NCBI GenBank assembly: GCA_947053545.1
Contig: CAMRSY010000004.1
Location: 9,006-73,005 of the forward strand
Length of the DNA stretch: 64,000 nt
DNA from: an uncultured Clostridia bacterium
Lineage (GTDB): Bacteria; Bacillota; Clostridia; Christensenellales; Borkfalkiaceae
Reading direction: 5' to 3'
Positions 8,173 through 17,728 of the stretch are shown piece by piece. A program made the translations under genes and the position numbers. Each line of letters opens with the position of its first letter. The stretch's first letter is position 1. The notes beneath the pieces were generated by a model. The model saw only the letters and a program-made list of their open reading frames with translations, was not told the DNA's origin and made no database searches.

Positions 8173-8176
8173 ATTT

Positions 8177-8261
8177 TGGTGCACTCAACAGGAGTTGAAC
8201 CTGCATGGAGTTACCCACAAGATCCTTAGTCTTGCGCGTCTGCCAATTCCGCCATGAGTGC
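8177..8261 (-). tRNA. tRNA-Leu, anticodon read as AAG (loop CUAAGGA), long variable arm, encoded CCA
   Basis: Hand fold: acceptor GCACTCA/TGAGTGC, anticodon stem CAAGA/TCTTG, T-arm GCAGG-TTCAACT-CCTGT, discriminator A plus CCA. Confidence 0.85.
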
Positions 8262-8284
8262 AAAGCTTTCAAAAACATTGATAT

Positions 8285-8312
8285 TTTATAATATTTTATA
8301 TATAAAAGTCAA
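8285..8312 (-). promoter_or_regulatory. Candidate sigmaA promoter for tRNA-Leu (TTGACT-16-TATAAA)
   Basis: Read on the minus strand: -35 at 8312-8307, -10 at 8290-8285. Confidence 0.4.
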
Positions 8313-8351
8313 GCTATTTTTAATCGTCTTTTTTATTTAATTAACAAAAAA

Positions 8352-8951
8352 TTATCCGCAATTTTTGTCTGTAATTTTTAACAATATATCCTTTATTTTT
8401 TGAAATAAATTGTTAATAGTGCCGTAATTATGTATAACATAGTACTCTGCAAACCCGTCAAAACTGTAATTGTACTGACAAGCTATACGTTTTTTTACAT
8501 CTTCAGCCACTAAATTATCACGCAAAACAACGCTATTAATTCTTGCGTCTTCATCGCGCAAAACAACTATAACGCCGTCAAATAAATTTTCGTATCCCCC
8601 TTCAAACAACAACGGCACCTCGAAAAACGCCGGTCCGCTAACATTTTCGGCTCGTTTAAACATTTCGTTAAATATGGCTTTATGCGTAATTTCATTCAGC
8701 TTTTTAAGTTTCGAGCCATCGTTAAATACGCATTGTCCAAGTTTTTGCCTGTCTATTTTTGAATCGGTTAAAATTTCGTTTCCAAACGCACTTGATATTT
8801 CGTCGGTAAGCATACCGCCGTTTAACAGTTCGGCATAAATTTCATCGCAGGAATATACGTTAAACCCCAGCTCTTTAATAAAATTACAAACCGTAGTTTT
8901 TCCGCTGCCAATCCCTCCCGTAACGGCAATTTTAATATTATTTTGCTTCAT
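8352..8951 (-). CDS. coaE: dephospho-CoA kinase
   Basis: P-loop IAVTGGIGSGKTTV near the N-terminus. Start placed at MKQNNIK (8951), overlapping the polA end. Confidence 0.85.
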   Translation of the reverse strand: MKQNNIKIAVTGGIGSGKTTVCNFIKELGFNVYSCDEIYAELLNGGMLTDEISSAFGNEILTDSKIDRQKLGQCVFNDGSKLKKLNEITHKAIFNEMFKRAENVSGPAFFEVPLLFEGGYENLFDGVIVVLRDEDARINSVVLRDNLVAEDVKKRIACQYNYSFDGFAEYYVIHNYGTINNLFQKIKDILLKITDKNCG

Positions 8952-11493
8952 ACCAGTTTTTCCCGCTATGCACGTCAACTTTAAGCGGTACGTTCAATTT
9001 TACCGCGTTTTCCATTTCATATTTCAAAATTTCGGAAGCCTGTTCTTTTTCACATTCCGGCGCGTCTAAAATCAACTCGTCGTGCACCTGCAAGATAAGT
9101 TTGGTTTTCATTCCACTCTCTTTTAACGCTTTGTGAATGTTTACCATCGCTATTTTAATAATGTCAGCGCTAGAACCCTGCAAAGGCATATTCATTGCCG
9201 CGCGCTCGCCAAACTGACGCATATTGTAATTGCTTGAATTTATCTCTTTAATATACCTCTTTCTGCCTGTAAGCGTTGCAACATAGCCGTTTTTACGCGC
9301 AAATTCAACGTTAGATTCCATATACTCTTTTACTGCACTGTAATGCTCAAAATACTTTTCTATATAGTCTTTGGCGGTCTTTATGTCAACTCCGATATTT
9401 TTGGATAAGCCGAACTCGCTTATACCGTAAATTATACCGAAATTTACCGCTTTTGCCGCCCTGCGCATTTTAGGCGTAACATCGCCCAAATCAACGCCGA
9501 ACACCTGTGCCGCCGTCACCGCATGCACGTCTTCGTCCTTATTATACGCGGCTATAAGCTCTTTACAGCCCGAAAAATGCGCCAACAGCCGCAATTCTAT
9601 CTGCGAATAATCTGCGTCGATAAAAACGTTTCCATCTCTGGGAACAAAAACTTTTCTTATTTCCCTGCCTTCGTCTTCGCGAACGGGTATATTTTGTAAA
9701 TTGGGATTAGTGCTGGAAAGCCTACCCGTAGTTGTTATAGTGTTGTTAAACGTAGTATGAATAAGCCCGCTGTTCCTGTCTATTAAAGGTTTTAAACCTT
9801 CGGCATAAGTTGATAAAAGTTTTTGATACATTCTATAGTTTAATATTAAACGTACCGCCTCGCTTTCATCGGCAAGAGTTTCCAAAATATCTGCGCTGGT
9901 AGAATATTTACCAGACTTATTTTTTTTGCCTGATTTAAGCCTCAGCTTATTAAATAACACTTCGCCTAACTGTGAAGGTGAATTTATATTAAAATAGCAA
10001 TCGCACAATTCGTAAATTTTTTCGCGTAGCTCGCCTAATTTTTCAGAATAAATTTCCCTTAAATTATCAAGCTGAGAAAAATCCACTTTCACACCCGCAA
10101 TTTCCATATCGTACAATACCTCTATAAGAGGTTTTTCGATATCGTTATAAAGGTGTTCTATTCCGTCTTTCTCTAAAATTTCAAGATACTCTTTATAAAT
10201 CAGCTCAAATACGTATGCCGAATACTTATAATCGTATCCTTTAGAAACGCAAAGTTCTTCAGCGGTTTTGCTTTCATTAAAATAATCGCAAAGATATCGC
10301 ATAACCGCAATATCGTCTACCGAACATTTTGCATTAACTCCGCTAAAACCCATATCGTGTAAAAACTGCTTGTAATCGAATACTACGGCCTTGTTTTCAC
10401 ATTCGGAAACTACAGCCTTGATACATTCGCCGAACTGTTCAAACGTAAATTTGCACAATAAATCATCTGCGTCATAGCTGATTTCGTAAAAGCAACCGTT
10501 TATATAAATATCTGCCCCGCGCTTTTTTAAATTGATATAAAAAGTGCCCTTTTGCCCGCAAATTGCCTTAAATTTGTCATAAGTTGAAATTTTTACAACT
10601 TCGGGATAATTTACTGCAGTTTCCGTTACCGCACCGTCGTCATCGAACTGCACTACGGACATAAGGCTTTTAAACTCTAAAGTTTTAAAAAGCTGCTTAA
10701 CCTCCGCGGAATACGTTTTGGGTGTAACGCATTTATCAAGCGTTAAATCAACCTGACAATCGCATTTTATAGTAGCAAGTTCATATGACATATAAGCGCT
10801 GTCTTTGCCCTCAGTCAACTTTTTTTTCAGCGACGGTGAAGAGATCCCGTCGATATTTTCGTATATTGAATCCAGCGTGCCAAATTCGTTTAAAAGCTTT
10901 TTCGCAGAGGTTTCACCTATTCCCGCAACGCCCGGAATATTATCCGACTTATCACCCATAAGCGATTTTAAATCGATTATAGCTCTGGGGGGCAGTCCGA
11001 TTTCGTTTTCAAAATTTTCTACAGATAACTTCAAAAGGTCGCTGACTCCGCGTTTTGTATAATAAACGTCCGTTTTCTCATCAACAAGCTGAAACGAATC
11101 TCTGTCGCCCGTATAAATATAACTGTGCACGTCAAATTTCTTAGATAATGTGCCTACCAAGTCGTCAGCTTCCACTCCTTCCTGCTCGCAGGTTGCAATT
11201 TTCATTGCCGCCAGCAACGATTTTAACGGCTTAACCTGCGACGCCAATTCATCAGGCATCGGCGAACGCGTCGCCTTATATCCGTCGTACATTTTATGCC
11301 TGAAAGTAGGCGCTTTTAAATCGAACGTGACAACAAAGTATTCGGGCTTAATATCAGATATTATCTTTAAAACAAGCTTTACAAAGCCGAATATTGCATT
11401 GGTCGGCTGACCCGACGATGTACTGAAAACCGGCGTAGCATAGTATGCGCGATTCAGAAGGCTGTTGCCGTCGATTAATACAAGTTTATCCAT
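8938..11493 (-). CDS. polA: DNA polymerase I
   Basis: 5'-nuclease N-terminus, then family-A polymerase motifs DADYSQIELRLLAH, RRAAKAVNFGIIYG and LQVHDELILD. Confidence 0.95.
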   Translation of the reverse strand: MDKLVLIDGNSLLNRAYYATPVFSTSSGQPTNAIFGFVKLVLKIISDIKPEYFVVTFDLKAPTFRHKMYDGYKATRSPMPDELASQVKPLKSLLAAMKIATCEQEGVEADDLVGTLSKKFDVHSYIYTGDRDSFQLVDEKTDVYYTKRGVSDLLKLSVENFENEIGLPPRAIIDLKSLMGDKSDNIPGVAGIGETSAKKLLNEFGTLDSIYENIDGISSPSLKKKLTEGKDSAYMSYELATIKCDCQVDLTLDKCVTPKTYSAEVKQLFKTLEFKSLMSVVQFDDDGAVTETAVNYPEVVKISTYDKFKAICGQKGTFYINLKKRGADIYINGCFYEISYDADDLLCKFTFEQFGECIKAVVSECENKAVVFDYKQFLHDMGFSGVNAKCSVDDIAVMRYLCDYFNESKTAEELCVSKGYDYKYSAYVFELIYKEYLEILEKDGIEHLYNDIEKPLIEVLYDMEIAGVKVDFSQLDNLREIYSEKLGELREKIYELCDCYFNINSPSQLGEVLFNKLRLKSGKKNKSGKYSTSADILETLADESEAVRLILNYRMYQKLLSTYAEGLKPLIDRNSGLIHTTFNNTITTTGRLSSTNPNLQNIPVREDEGREIRKVFVPRDGNVFIDADYSQIELRLLAHFSGCKELIAAYNKDEDVHAVTAAQVFGVDLGDVTPKMRRAAKAVNFGIIYGISEFGLSKNIGVDIKTAKDYIEKYFEHYSAVKEYMESNVEFARKNGYVATLTGRKRYIKEINSSNYNMRQFGERAAMNMPLQGSSADIIKIAMVNIHKALKESGMKTKLILQVHDELILDAPECEKEQASEILKYEMENAVKLNVPLKVDVHSGKNWYEAK

Positions 11494-11727
11494 AAAATAA
11501 TTTTTCCTTAAATAAAAAAGCTTGATTTTTAAATTCAGCTATTATATAATAATAAAGTAATTTGCTGCGGTGGTAGAATTAGCAATCACTTTGCACTCAA
11601 AATTTTATGAGCGTAACGCAACTTTTTATCACTATTCGGTATTTTACCACAATATATAGTGTGTGTCAATCGCGCTATAATCAATGCAGAAAATCATTTC
11701 TCGCATTTTACAAATCCAACTTAATAT

Positions 11728-11814
11728 GCCGCTGTGGTGGAATTGGCAGACGCGCTGGACTCAAAATCCAGTGGTAGTGATACCGTATCGGTTCGACCCC
11801 GATCAGCGGCACCA
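11728..11814 (+). tRNA. tRNA-Leu(CAA)
   Basis: Hand fold: acceptor GCCGCTG/CAGCGGC, anticodon stem CTGGA/TCCAG with loop CTCAAAA, T-loop TTCGACC, CCA encoded. Confidence 0.9.
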
Positions 11815-11823
11815 AGTTAAGGG

Positions 11824-11857
11824 AAATTCTCCGTTTTTTTCGGAGAATTTTTTCTTT
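11824..11857 (+). terminator. Rho-independent terminator after tRNA-Leu(CAA)
   Basis: AAATTCTCCG-ttttttt-CGGAGAATTT followed by a T-run. Confidence 0.65.
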
Positions 11858-12078
11858 AACTATAGAAAGCTTTACGGATTTTGCGAGTTGATTTTCGTGT
11901 GTTTTATGTTCAATGTACACATATATGCTTTTCGTAGTAGTTGTTTGGTTATATCGAACAACTTTTGTGTTTATTAATAAAACTGTATTCGTTTTTCGAA
12001 ACGGACAAATCATAAAAATGACGGACAAATATTTGTCCGTCAATTTATAATAAATTTAAGTATTAATTCCGAAATTTA

Positions 12079-15000
12079 TTAACCGTTATCTTTCCTCTTG
12101 AATAATACGTTCATCGGCATAAATATGACGTCGAACGCTTTGCCTTTAAGCAAAATGTCTTTGCGGTATAAGAAGAAATACCCATACACATATACTGCAA
12201 CCAACGCCACAATCACACACGCAATTACTATACCGGCAACCGCCCCTGCAGACAGTGACGTACCCTGCTTTGAAGGAATTTCAGGCGTGAGTTTGGGCAA
12301 TTCAACACTTGATTTATCGGTAATTACCGTTTTACCGCCCTCGTCCGAGAAATAATTCGCACAGTCGGCGCACGCCCAATATTCTATATTTCCTACAGTA
12401 TCCGCCGTCGCCTCTTTACGTTCAACATGCGCTAATTTATGCCCTGCCGCAACTATTTCCTTATAAGTAGTATGGTCGCAGCGTGAGCAGGTTTCGTACG
12501 CGCTCCACCCTGCTTCCGTACAAGTTGCGGCTTTGGCTTCGTGCCGTACAATATCGTGTCCGAGAGCGGATATTTCCTCTTCAGCCTCGTCGTTACAAAG
12601 CGTACATTTCTTTGACCTGCTGCCGGCCGCCGTGCAAGTCGGCGCTTTATCTACCGTCCATTCGCCGTAAACATGGTCGTGCATAGTTAACGTAAGTTTA
12701 ACAGTAGCCCTGTCGCCGTCAACATTGTCTCCGCCCAGCCATGCGTAATTATCCGCGTCCGCCAATTTTAAAGTTACAAAATGAGTTCCCGCCTGCGTAA
12801 ATTTCGCATTGCCTTCAACCTGATACAGCGCGTTTTGCGGCACTTGATATATGTATTCTGTTATCAATGTTTCCGCGACGTCGTCAGGTACGGCTATCTG
12901 CCGTTTTATTATTGATACCGTAAACCTTGTGCTACCACCGTAGTCCGCGTAGTTTAACGCGGAAATTTTGTATTGCACAACGTAAGTATCTACCTCTCTC
13001 GGCGCTTGCTTTCTATCCAAAGTGTTCTCTAACTGTGTGCGCGTTACGAACTCGTACCCGACGCCCCCCTCAGTTTGCCAACGCGCAAGATGGAAAACCA
13101 AATACGCCTCGCCGTAAAACGCGTCGTACCCGCTATTTTTCCATATGCCTATTCTGTCCGAAGCGGAAACGTATTTTAGCGGAGCCAACGTCGGCTCGTA
13201 TTCACTGTCAAACAACTGAACGTTTCCGTTATAAACATATTCGAACCTTTCTCCGCTTAGCGTATCTGTTACATCAAGCGTACCTTTATGCACCGCAAAA
13301 GTGAATGTGCGCGTAAACGCCTGATACGCAAGTCCGTCGGCATCCTTAACCTCGGCAACGCTTACCCTTAAAACGTAATTGCCTACTGGCATTGACTTGT
13401 TGACATAATCGGCAAAATTATAACGGTAGAACGTTTCGCCAATCTGTTCGTTCATATCTACGTCGGTATATAACCCGAAGGATATACGCTTGTCGTCCTG
13501 CGAAATACTATCAATATCAAAGCTTTCGTCGCCGTGTTCAAGCGCGGGAACGGCAGTCGAAACGTCGTCGCCGAACGTCCAGCCACCGACCGAATATTCG
13601 CCGCCGCCCGGTATTAGCAGTCCGTTATTTATAGTAGCGACATACCAATCTTTGGTGATAACCGCTTTGGTACCGTTTTCGGAAATTACAATAGTCATAC
13701 CGCGGCTGTCCGCAACCGCTATTTCGCCAGTGTACTTGTAGTTTAATTTGTCGTTCAGCGTGAGCGTAGCTATCGCCGTATATTTGCCTACAGCACCAAC
13801 TGCTGTAGTACCCGAATAAACAATATTTGTGCGCTTGCCTGCGCCTGCAAACAGGTCGGCTATCTCGCCGCCGTTAAGAACGATATTCAGTCCCGTATTG
13901 TCGCCGCGGTATCGCACAACAGAACGCTTAACTTTCGTTCTGCCATCGGCTTCGCCTGTTACAGGGTCATAATAAAGTACCGTGCCGTTACTCTCTTCTA
14001 CGTACGCGTCGCGAAGTAACGAATCTTTATCCTCGCCTAGCGTCCAATGGTACACCTCCGCATCGGACAGAGTTATTTCATAGGCCTTGATTTGTATGCT
14101 TGTACTGTTGTTAGTAAAACTGTAATCCGCGAATTTGCTACCGTCAAGCGACAGTGCGTACGTTGCCGCATTGTCTATCACTTTTTTGCCGCCGTCTACA
14201 AGCAGCACATCGTCCACCGCGCGATAATAATGTTTATTCTTATCAGGATCGTTGTCAGCACCGTTAAATCGCGCCCTCACACGGTAGCTCTTCGACGTGC
14301 CGTCGTACACAAAGTGAGAACCGTCAGTTATCACGTTCCACTCCCATATGCTTTCCTCGCTTACGACACTTGTCGTATACTCCCAAACGATGGTTACCTC
14401 ACGCTTGCTTACGTTAACCGAATAATCATCCGAAATTATCGTCTGTCCGCCGACAACCACCGATAACGAAATATGCGTATCGTGTGAATGCAGGCAGTTG
14501 CCGTTGCCGTATGTAACCGTAATCTCCAAAGCGTCAAGCTTTTCAACTTTTTTATCGCAGTCCGAGCAATGCGTATAAACCGCTGCATTTTCCAAATCAA
14601 ACTCGTCGAACGCCGCATAATTATTTTCTGCCGATTCTATAACAAGCTTATCCAACGTGTGGGCGTTACCGTCAATTTTTCCGTAGCTTTCGCCGCAGTT
14701 TACACAAATTTTTACAGCCACGCACGTTGCCGTGCCGCCAGTGTGGGCACTCACGAAATTTACAGTACCCGCCGTCCCGTCGCTTACATATATGCAAACA
14801 TATTCGGGATTATCGGCAATGAAGAAATCGGAAGCCTTACCCGTAGTTTGCGTAAAGCCGACGGCAACTTCGCCTGCGCCGCTTATACCGATATGTGCGC
14901 CATTGGTCAACTCGCCCGTAACGACGATTTTATTATCAACTATGCCGTATATATTATTTAAGTTGCCGTTTACAGTATTTTCCTTAATTTTCGGCGCACC

Positions 15001-16965
15001 GTCAACGTTTAACGTACTGTTAACATAAACCCCGCCGCCGTTGTCGCCTGCTGTGTTGCCGGAAATTTTTGCGCTTCCGCTCATTTCCATAACGCCGGAA
15101 AACATGTGTACACCGCCGCCTATCGTTACCGCTTTGTTGTTTGAAATCTCTCCGCCCGAAAAAGTAAACTTGTTGCCGTCAACCTTGTTTTCGTAAAAAA
15201 CTCCTCCGCCGTCGTCTGTGGATTCGTTGTACGAAATTTCGCCGTTTGTCATAACAAAGTTTCCGTCGCAAACGCACACGCCGCCACCGCAACCCGCTTT
15301 GTTGTGGGATATTTTTCCGTTATTGAAAATAAACGTTCCCTCGTTGCGAACCGCGCCGCCGTGACCGTTTAGCGAAGTGTTTCCCGCAAGCGTGCCTCCG
15401 TTCATGGTAAACGTTCCGCCGCTTGAAACGAACACCGCACCGCCGAGAGAACTCTTGCCGCCAGTTATAAGCCCGCCGTCTACCGTAACGAACTCATTAG
15501 ATACCGGACTAATTATTGTGTGCGTACCCGATCCTTTATCTTCTATCAAAAGCTTGCCGTCCGCCTTAATAACCGAGCCGCTTATACCCGTATACTTTAT
15601 TTCGCAACCGTTTAAATTTAAGATTATATTTTTTCCCTCGCCGACGGTTATCATACTTTCCGTCGTCACATCCGTGAAAAGCTTTACGGTAAACGGAGTC
15701 GTAAGGTCACTGTTCAGATTCGCCGCCTCAAATGCATCTGCAACCGTCATATAAAATTCTTTAAATCCGGTCGTACTCGTAACGATAGCTTTCGATATAA
15801 CTCCGCACGCGCACTTGCCCGTAGATGCGGAATAACTGTGATCCTCATAAAGTTTTTGTTTGCACGCCGAGCAGATTCTGTAATGTTTATCGCCGTCTAC
15901 CGTATAATTGCCGCTACGCACATGCCTGTATATAGCAACCTCTCCTACGGAAAGTTGCGGGCACTTATCAGGAGTGTCTGAATAAAAATATTTATCTGCC
16001 GCTTCGCCAGAATGGTGCGTGCTGTAATCTTTGGTTACCTTCGTACCGTTAGTATAGTCTTCAGACAAAAAAGTTATGCCTATCCGCGCATCGTTCCCAG
16101 CGCCGTCGTTTAACGCGCCGTTTACGACTATCGTGGTACCGTAATCGAAACCTAAATTGCCTGCGATTCTTTCATTGCCGTTAATATCTTCGCAACTGCT
16201 GTTCCCGTCAATTTTTACCGCACCCGAAATTTTAACGCTAGTTCTCCAAACATACACGCCGCCCGCGCCCCCTGCGGTGTTCAGGTTTTCGGTGATTGCT
16301 CCGCCAGTCATAGTAAACGCACTACCGGGATAAACTGCCGCCCTCATTTTGGAAGTTGAAACGTTACCGGCAACCGTACCGCCCTGCATAAAGAATTTTC
16401 CGCTGTTTATCATCACCGCCGCGTTTCCGTTTGCTCCTGTTATCACACCGCCCGAAACGTTAACTGTTTGCGGAGAACTTCCTTTTGCGTAACTTATAAC
16501 GTCGTTCGTTGCGGCGGGATTGCTGTCTTTTAAAGTGAATGTTCCGCCGCTTTCGATAACGCTTTTTCCTTGACTGCTTACGGAAAGTTTGTGCCCGTTA
16601 AGATCGAGAGCCACGTCATAGTTCCAATCGTTCATAGACAACGTATTCGTTACCGTGGCGTCCTCAAACATTTTAACTGTAGCAGTCTTAACATCGTCAC
16701 GGATTTGATCAAAAGACAGACTTTTCGCTTCTTCCCACGCCGAGGTAATGTCATCGTAACCGCTATGGAAAATACCGCTTCCGTTATATACGCGAAAACT
16801 GCCGCTTTCGATTTCCATGGCGCGCACGGTTTGACTTGCGAGCGTAAATAATGTTACACCGACGTACAATAGCACCGCCGCAAAAAAAGCGACAGCCAGC
16901 GCAATTAAACTTTTTCTCTTTTTAAAAAACATAGCAACACCTCTTCTTTGCTTGTATTTTATCAT
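12079..16965 (-). CDS. large membrane-anchored surface protein (beta-helix repeats, Cys-rich repeats; 1628 aa; true start may be MFFKKRKS at 16932)
   Basis: N-terminal signal/TM. Repeated GGAV/GGGV-type motifs (polymorphic-membrane-protein-like beta-helix). Repeated H...TCT.AG....C..C modules near the C-terminus. C-terminal TM (AGIVIACVIVALVAVYVYGYFFLY). Confidence 0.8.
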   Translation of the reverse strand: MIKYKQRRGVAMFFKKRKSLIALAVAFFAAVLLYVGVTLFTLASQTVRAMEIESGSFRVYNGSGIFHSGYDDITSAWEEAKSLSFDQIRDDVKTATVKMFEDATVTNTLSMNDWNYDVALDLNGHKLSVSSQGKSVIESGGTFTLKDSNPAATNDVISYAKGSSPQTVNVSGGVITGANGNAAVMINSGKFFMQGGTVAGNVSTSKMRAAVYPGSAFTMTGGAITENLNTAGGAGGVYVWRTSVKISGAVKIDGNSSCEDINGNERIAGNLGFDYGTTIVVNGALNDGAGNDARIGITFLSEDYTNGTKVTKDYSTHHSGEAADKYFYSDTPDKCPQLSVGEVAIYRHVRSGNYTVDGDKHYRICSACKQKLYEDHSYSASTGKCACGVISKAIVTSTTGFKEFYMTVADAFEAANLNSDLTTPFTVKLFTDVTTESMITVGEGKNIILNLNGCEIKYTGISGSVIKADGKLLIEDKGSGTHTIISPVSNEFVTVDGGLITGGKSSLGGAVFVSSGGTFTMNGGTLAGNTSLNGHGGAVRNEGTFIFNNGKISHNKAGCGGGVCVCDGNFVMTNGEISYNESTDDGGGVFYENKVDGNKFTFSGGEISNNKAVTIGGGVHMFSGVMEMSGSAKISGNTAGDNGGGVYVNSTLNVDGAPKIKENTVNGNLNNIYGIVDNKIVVTGELTNGAHIGISGAGEVAVGFTQTTGKASDFFIADNPEYVCIYVSDGTAGTVNFVSAHTGGTATCVAVKICVNCGESYGKIDGNAHTLDKLVIESAENNYAAFDEFDLENAAVYTHCSDCDKKVEKLDALEITVTYGNGNCLHSHDTHISLSVVVGGQTIISDDYSVNVSKREVTIVWEYTTSVVSEESIWEWNVITDGSHFVYDGTSKSYRVRARFNGADNDPDKNKHYYRAVDDVLLVDGGKKVIDNAATYALSLDGSKFADYSFTNNSTSIQIKAYEITLSDAEVYHWTLGEDKDSLLRDAYVEESNGTVLYYDPVTGEADGRTKVKRSVVRYRGDNTGLNIVLNGGEIADLFAGAGKRTNIVYSGTTAVGAVGKYTAIATLTLNDKLNYKYTGEIAVADSRGMTIVISENGTKAVITKDWYVATINNGLLIPGGGEYSVGGWTFGDDVSTAVPALEHGDESFDIDSISQDDKRISFGLYTDVDMNEQIGETFYRYNFADYVNKSMPVGNYVLRVSVAEVKDADGLAYQAFTRTFTFAVHKGTLDVTDTLSGERFEYVYNGNVQLFDSEYEPTLAPLKYVSASDRIGIWKNSGYDAFYGEAYLVFHLARWQTEGGVGYEFVTRTQLENTLDRKQAPREVDTYVVQYKISALNYADYGGSTRFTVSIIKRQIAVPDDVAETLITEYIYQVPQNALYQVEGNAKFTQAGTHFVTLKLADADNYAWLGGDNVDGDRATVKLTLTMHDHVYGEWTVDKAPTCTAAGSRSKKCTLCNDEAEEEISALGHDIVRHEAKAATCTEAGWSAYETCSRCDHTTYKEIVAAGHKLAHVERKEATADTVGNIEYWACADCANYFSDEGGKTVITDKSSVELPKLTPEIPSKQGTSLSAGAVAGIVIACVIVALVAVYVYGYFFLYRKDILLKGKAFDVIFMPMNVLFKRKDNG

Positions 16966-17059
16966 AAATTTTTAACGCTTTGAACGGCTTTACTTTTTCT
17001 TTACTATTCTTAACCTTTACAAATTGATTGTTATTATATTTTGGTATATAATAACTTTA

Positions 17060-17728
17060 ATGAACAAGGTCGAATACAAAAGCATTTTAATAGTTGAAGA
17101 CAACGATAAACTACGGGAAAATCTTACCTCTTATTTTGCCGTTATGAATAAGGTTGTGGCGTGCGAAAATCTGCAAAGTGCGATTTTGTCCGCCAAAAGC
17201 AATAAATTCGATATAGTGCTTTTAGACGTTATTCTCCCCGACGGCAACGGACTGAAACTGATAGAGCAAATAGGCGAAACGCCGGTAATCGTTCTTTCCG
17301 ACTTAGGCTCCGACAGCAATATGATAGACGGCTTTACGGCGGGCGCAACCGACTATATAGTAAAACCCGCCTCTTGCACGCATATAGAAATGCGGATGGC
17401 GCTTAGGCTTCTGCCCGACGGCAAGGCGCAATTATCCTCACATGAGCTGGAACTTAATACGGCTAAGCGAACGGCGGCATACAATAAGAAACCGCTTGAA
17501 CTGACTTCAAGCGAATTTAATATTTTAATGTTTTTGATGCAGAACGCGGGCACATATTTTACCGCGAACGAAATTTACGAACACGTGTGGAATATGCCGC
17601 ACCTGAACACCACCACTATAAAAGTCCACATATCTAACCTGCGCAAAAAAATGCTTGCCGTATCTCCGGACTGCGCAAAATTACTCATTCAGGAGTTCGG
17701 CAAAGGCTATGCGTTTATCAATGAATAA
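17060..17728 (+). CDS. OmpR/PhoB-family response regulator
   Basis: Receiver domain (ILIVEDND...LLDVILPDGNG) plus winged-helix C-terminus (LTSSEFNILMFLMQNAG...). Start placed at the ATG at 17060. Confidence 0.85.
   Translation: MNKVEYKSILIVEDNDKLRENLTSYFAVMNKVVACENLQSAILSAKSNKFDIVLLDVILPDGNGLKLIEQIGETPVIVLSDLGSDSNMIDGFTAGATDYIVKPASCTHIEMRMALRLLPDGKAQLSSHELELNTAKRTAAYNKKPLELTSSEFNILMFLMQNAGTYFTANEIYEHVWNMPHLNTTTIKVHISNLRKKMLAVSPDCAKLLIQEFGKGYAFINE

Larger units (their letters stand above)
1..8176. mobile_element. Integrative element (phage-/plasmid-like: replication, partition, regulatory and integrase modules) abutting the 3' end of tRNA-Leu; left boundary outside window
   Basis: Tyrosine integrase gene (6851-8098) reads toward the 3' end of tRNA-Leu (8177). 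Replisome-organizer-like, SSB, ParA and XRE genes are present, and a shared operator-like inverted repeat sits in all intergenic regions. No second att copy of the tRNA 3' end is seen in the window. Confidence 0.65.

Noticed and set aside
11684-12043. ORFs 11684-11977 (+) and 11708-12043 (-)
   Set aside because: Both run straight through tRNA-Leu(CAA) and its terminator. They are artefacts of an AT-rich intergenic region.
12098-16851. About 12 plus-strand ORFs (60-157 aa) inside the 1628-aa gene
   Set aside because: They are antisense shadows of a long, clearly coding minus-strand frame, with no RBS or recognisable motifs.
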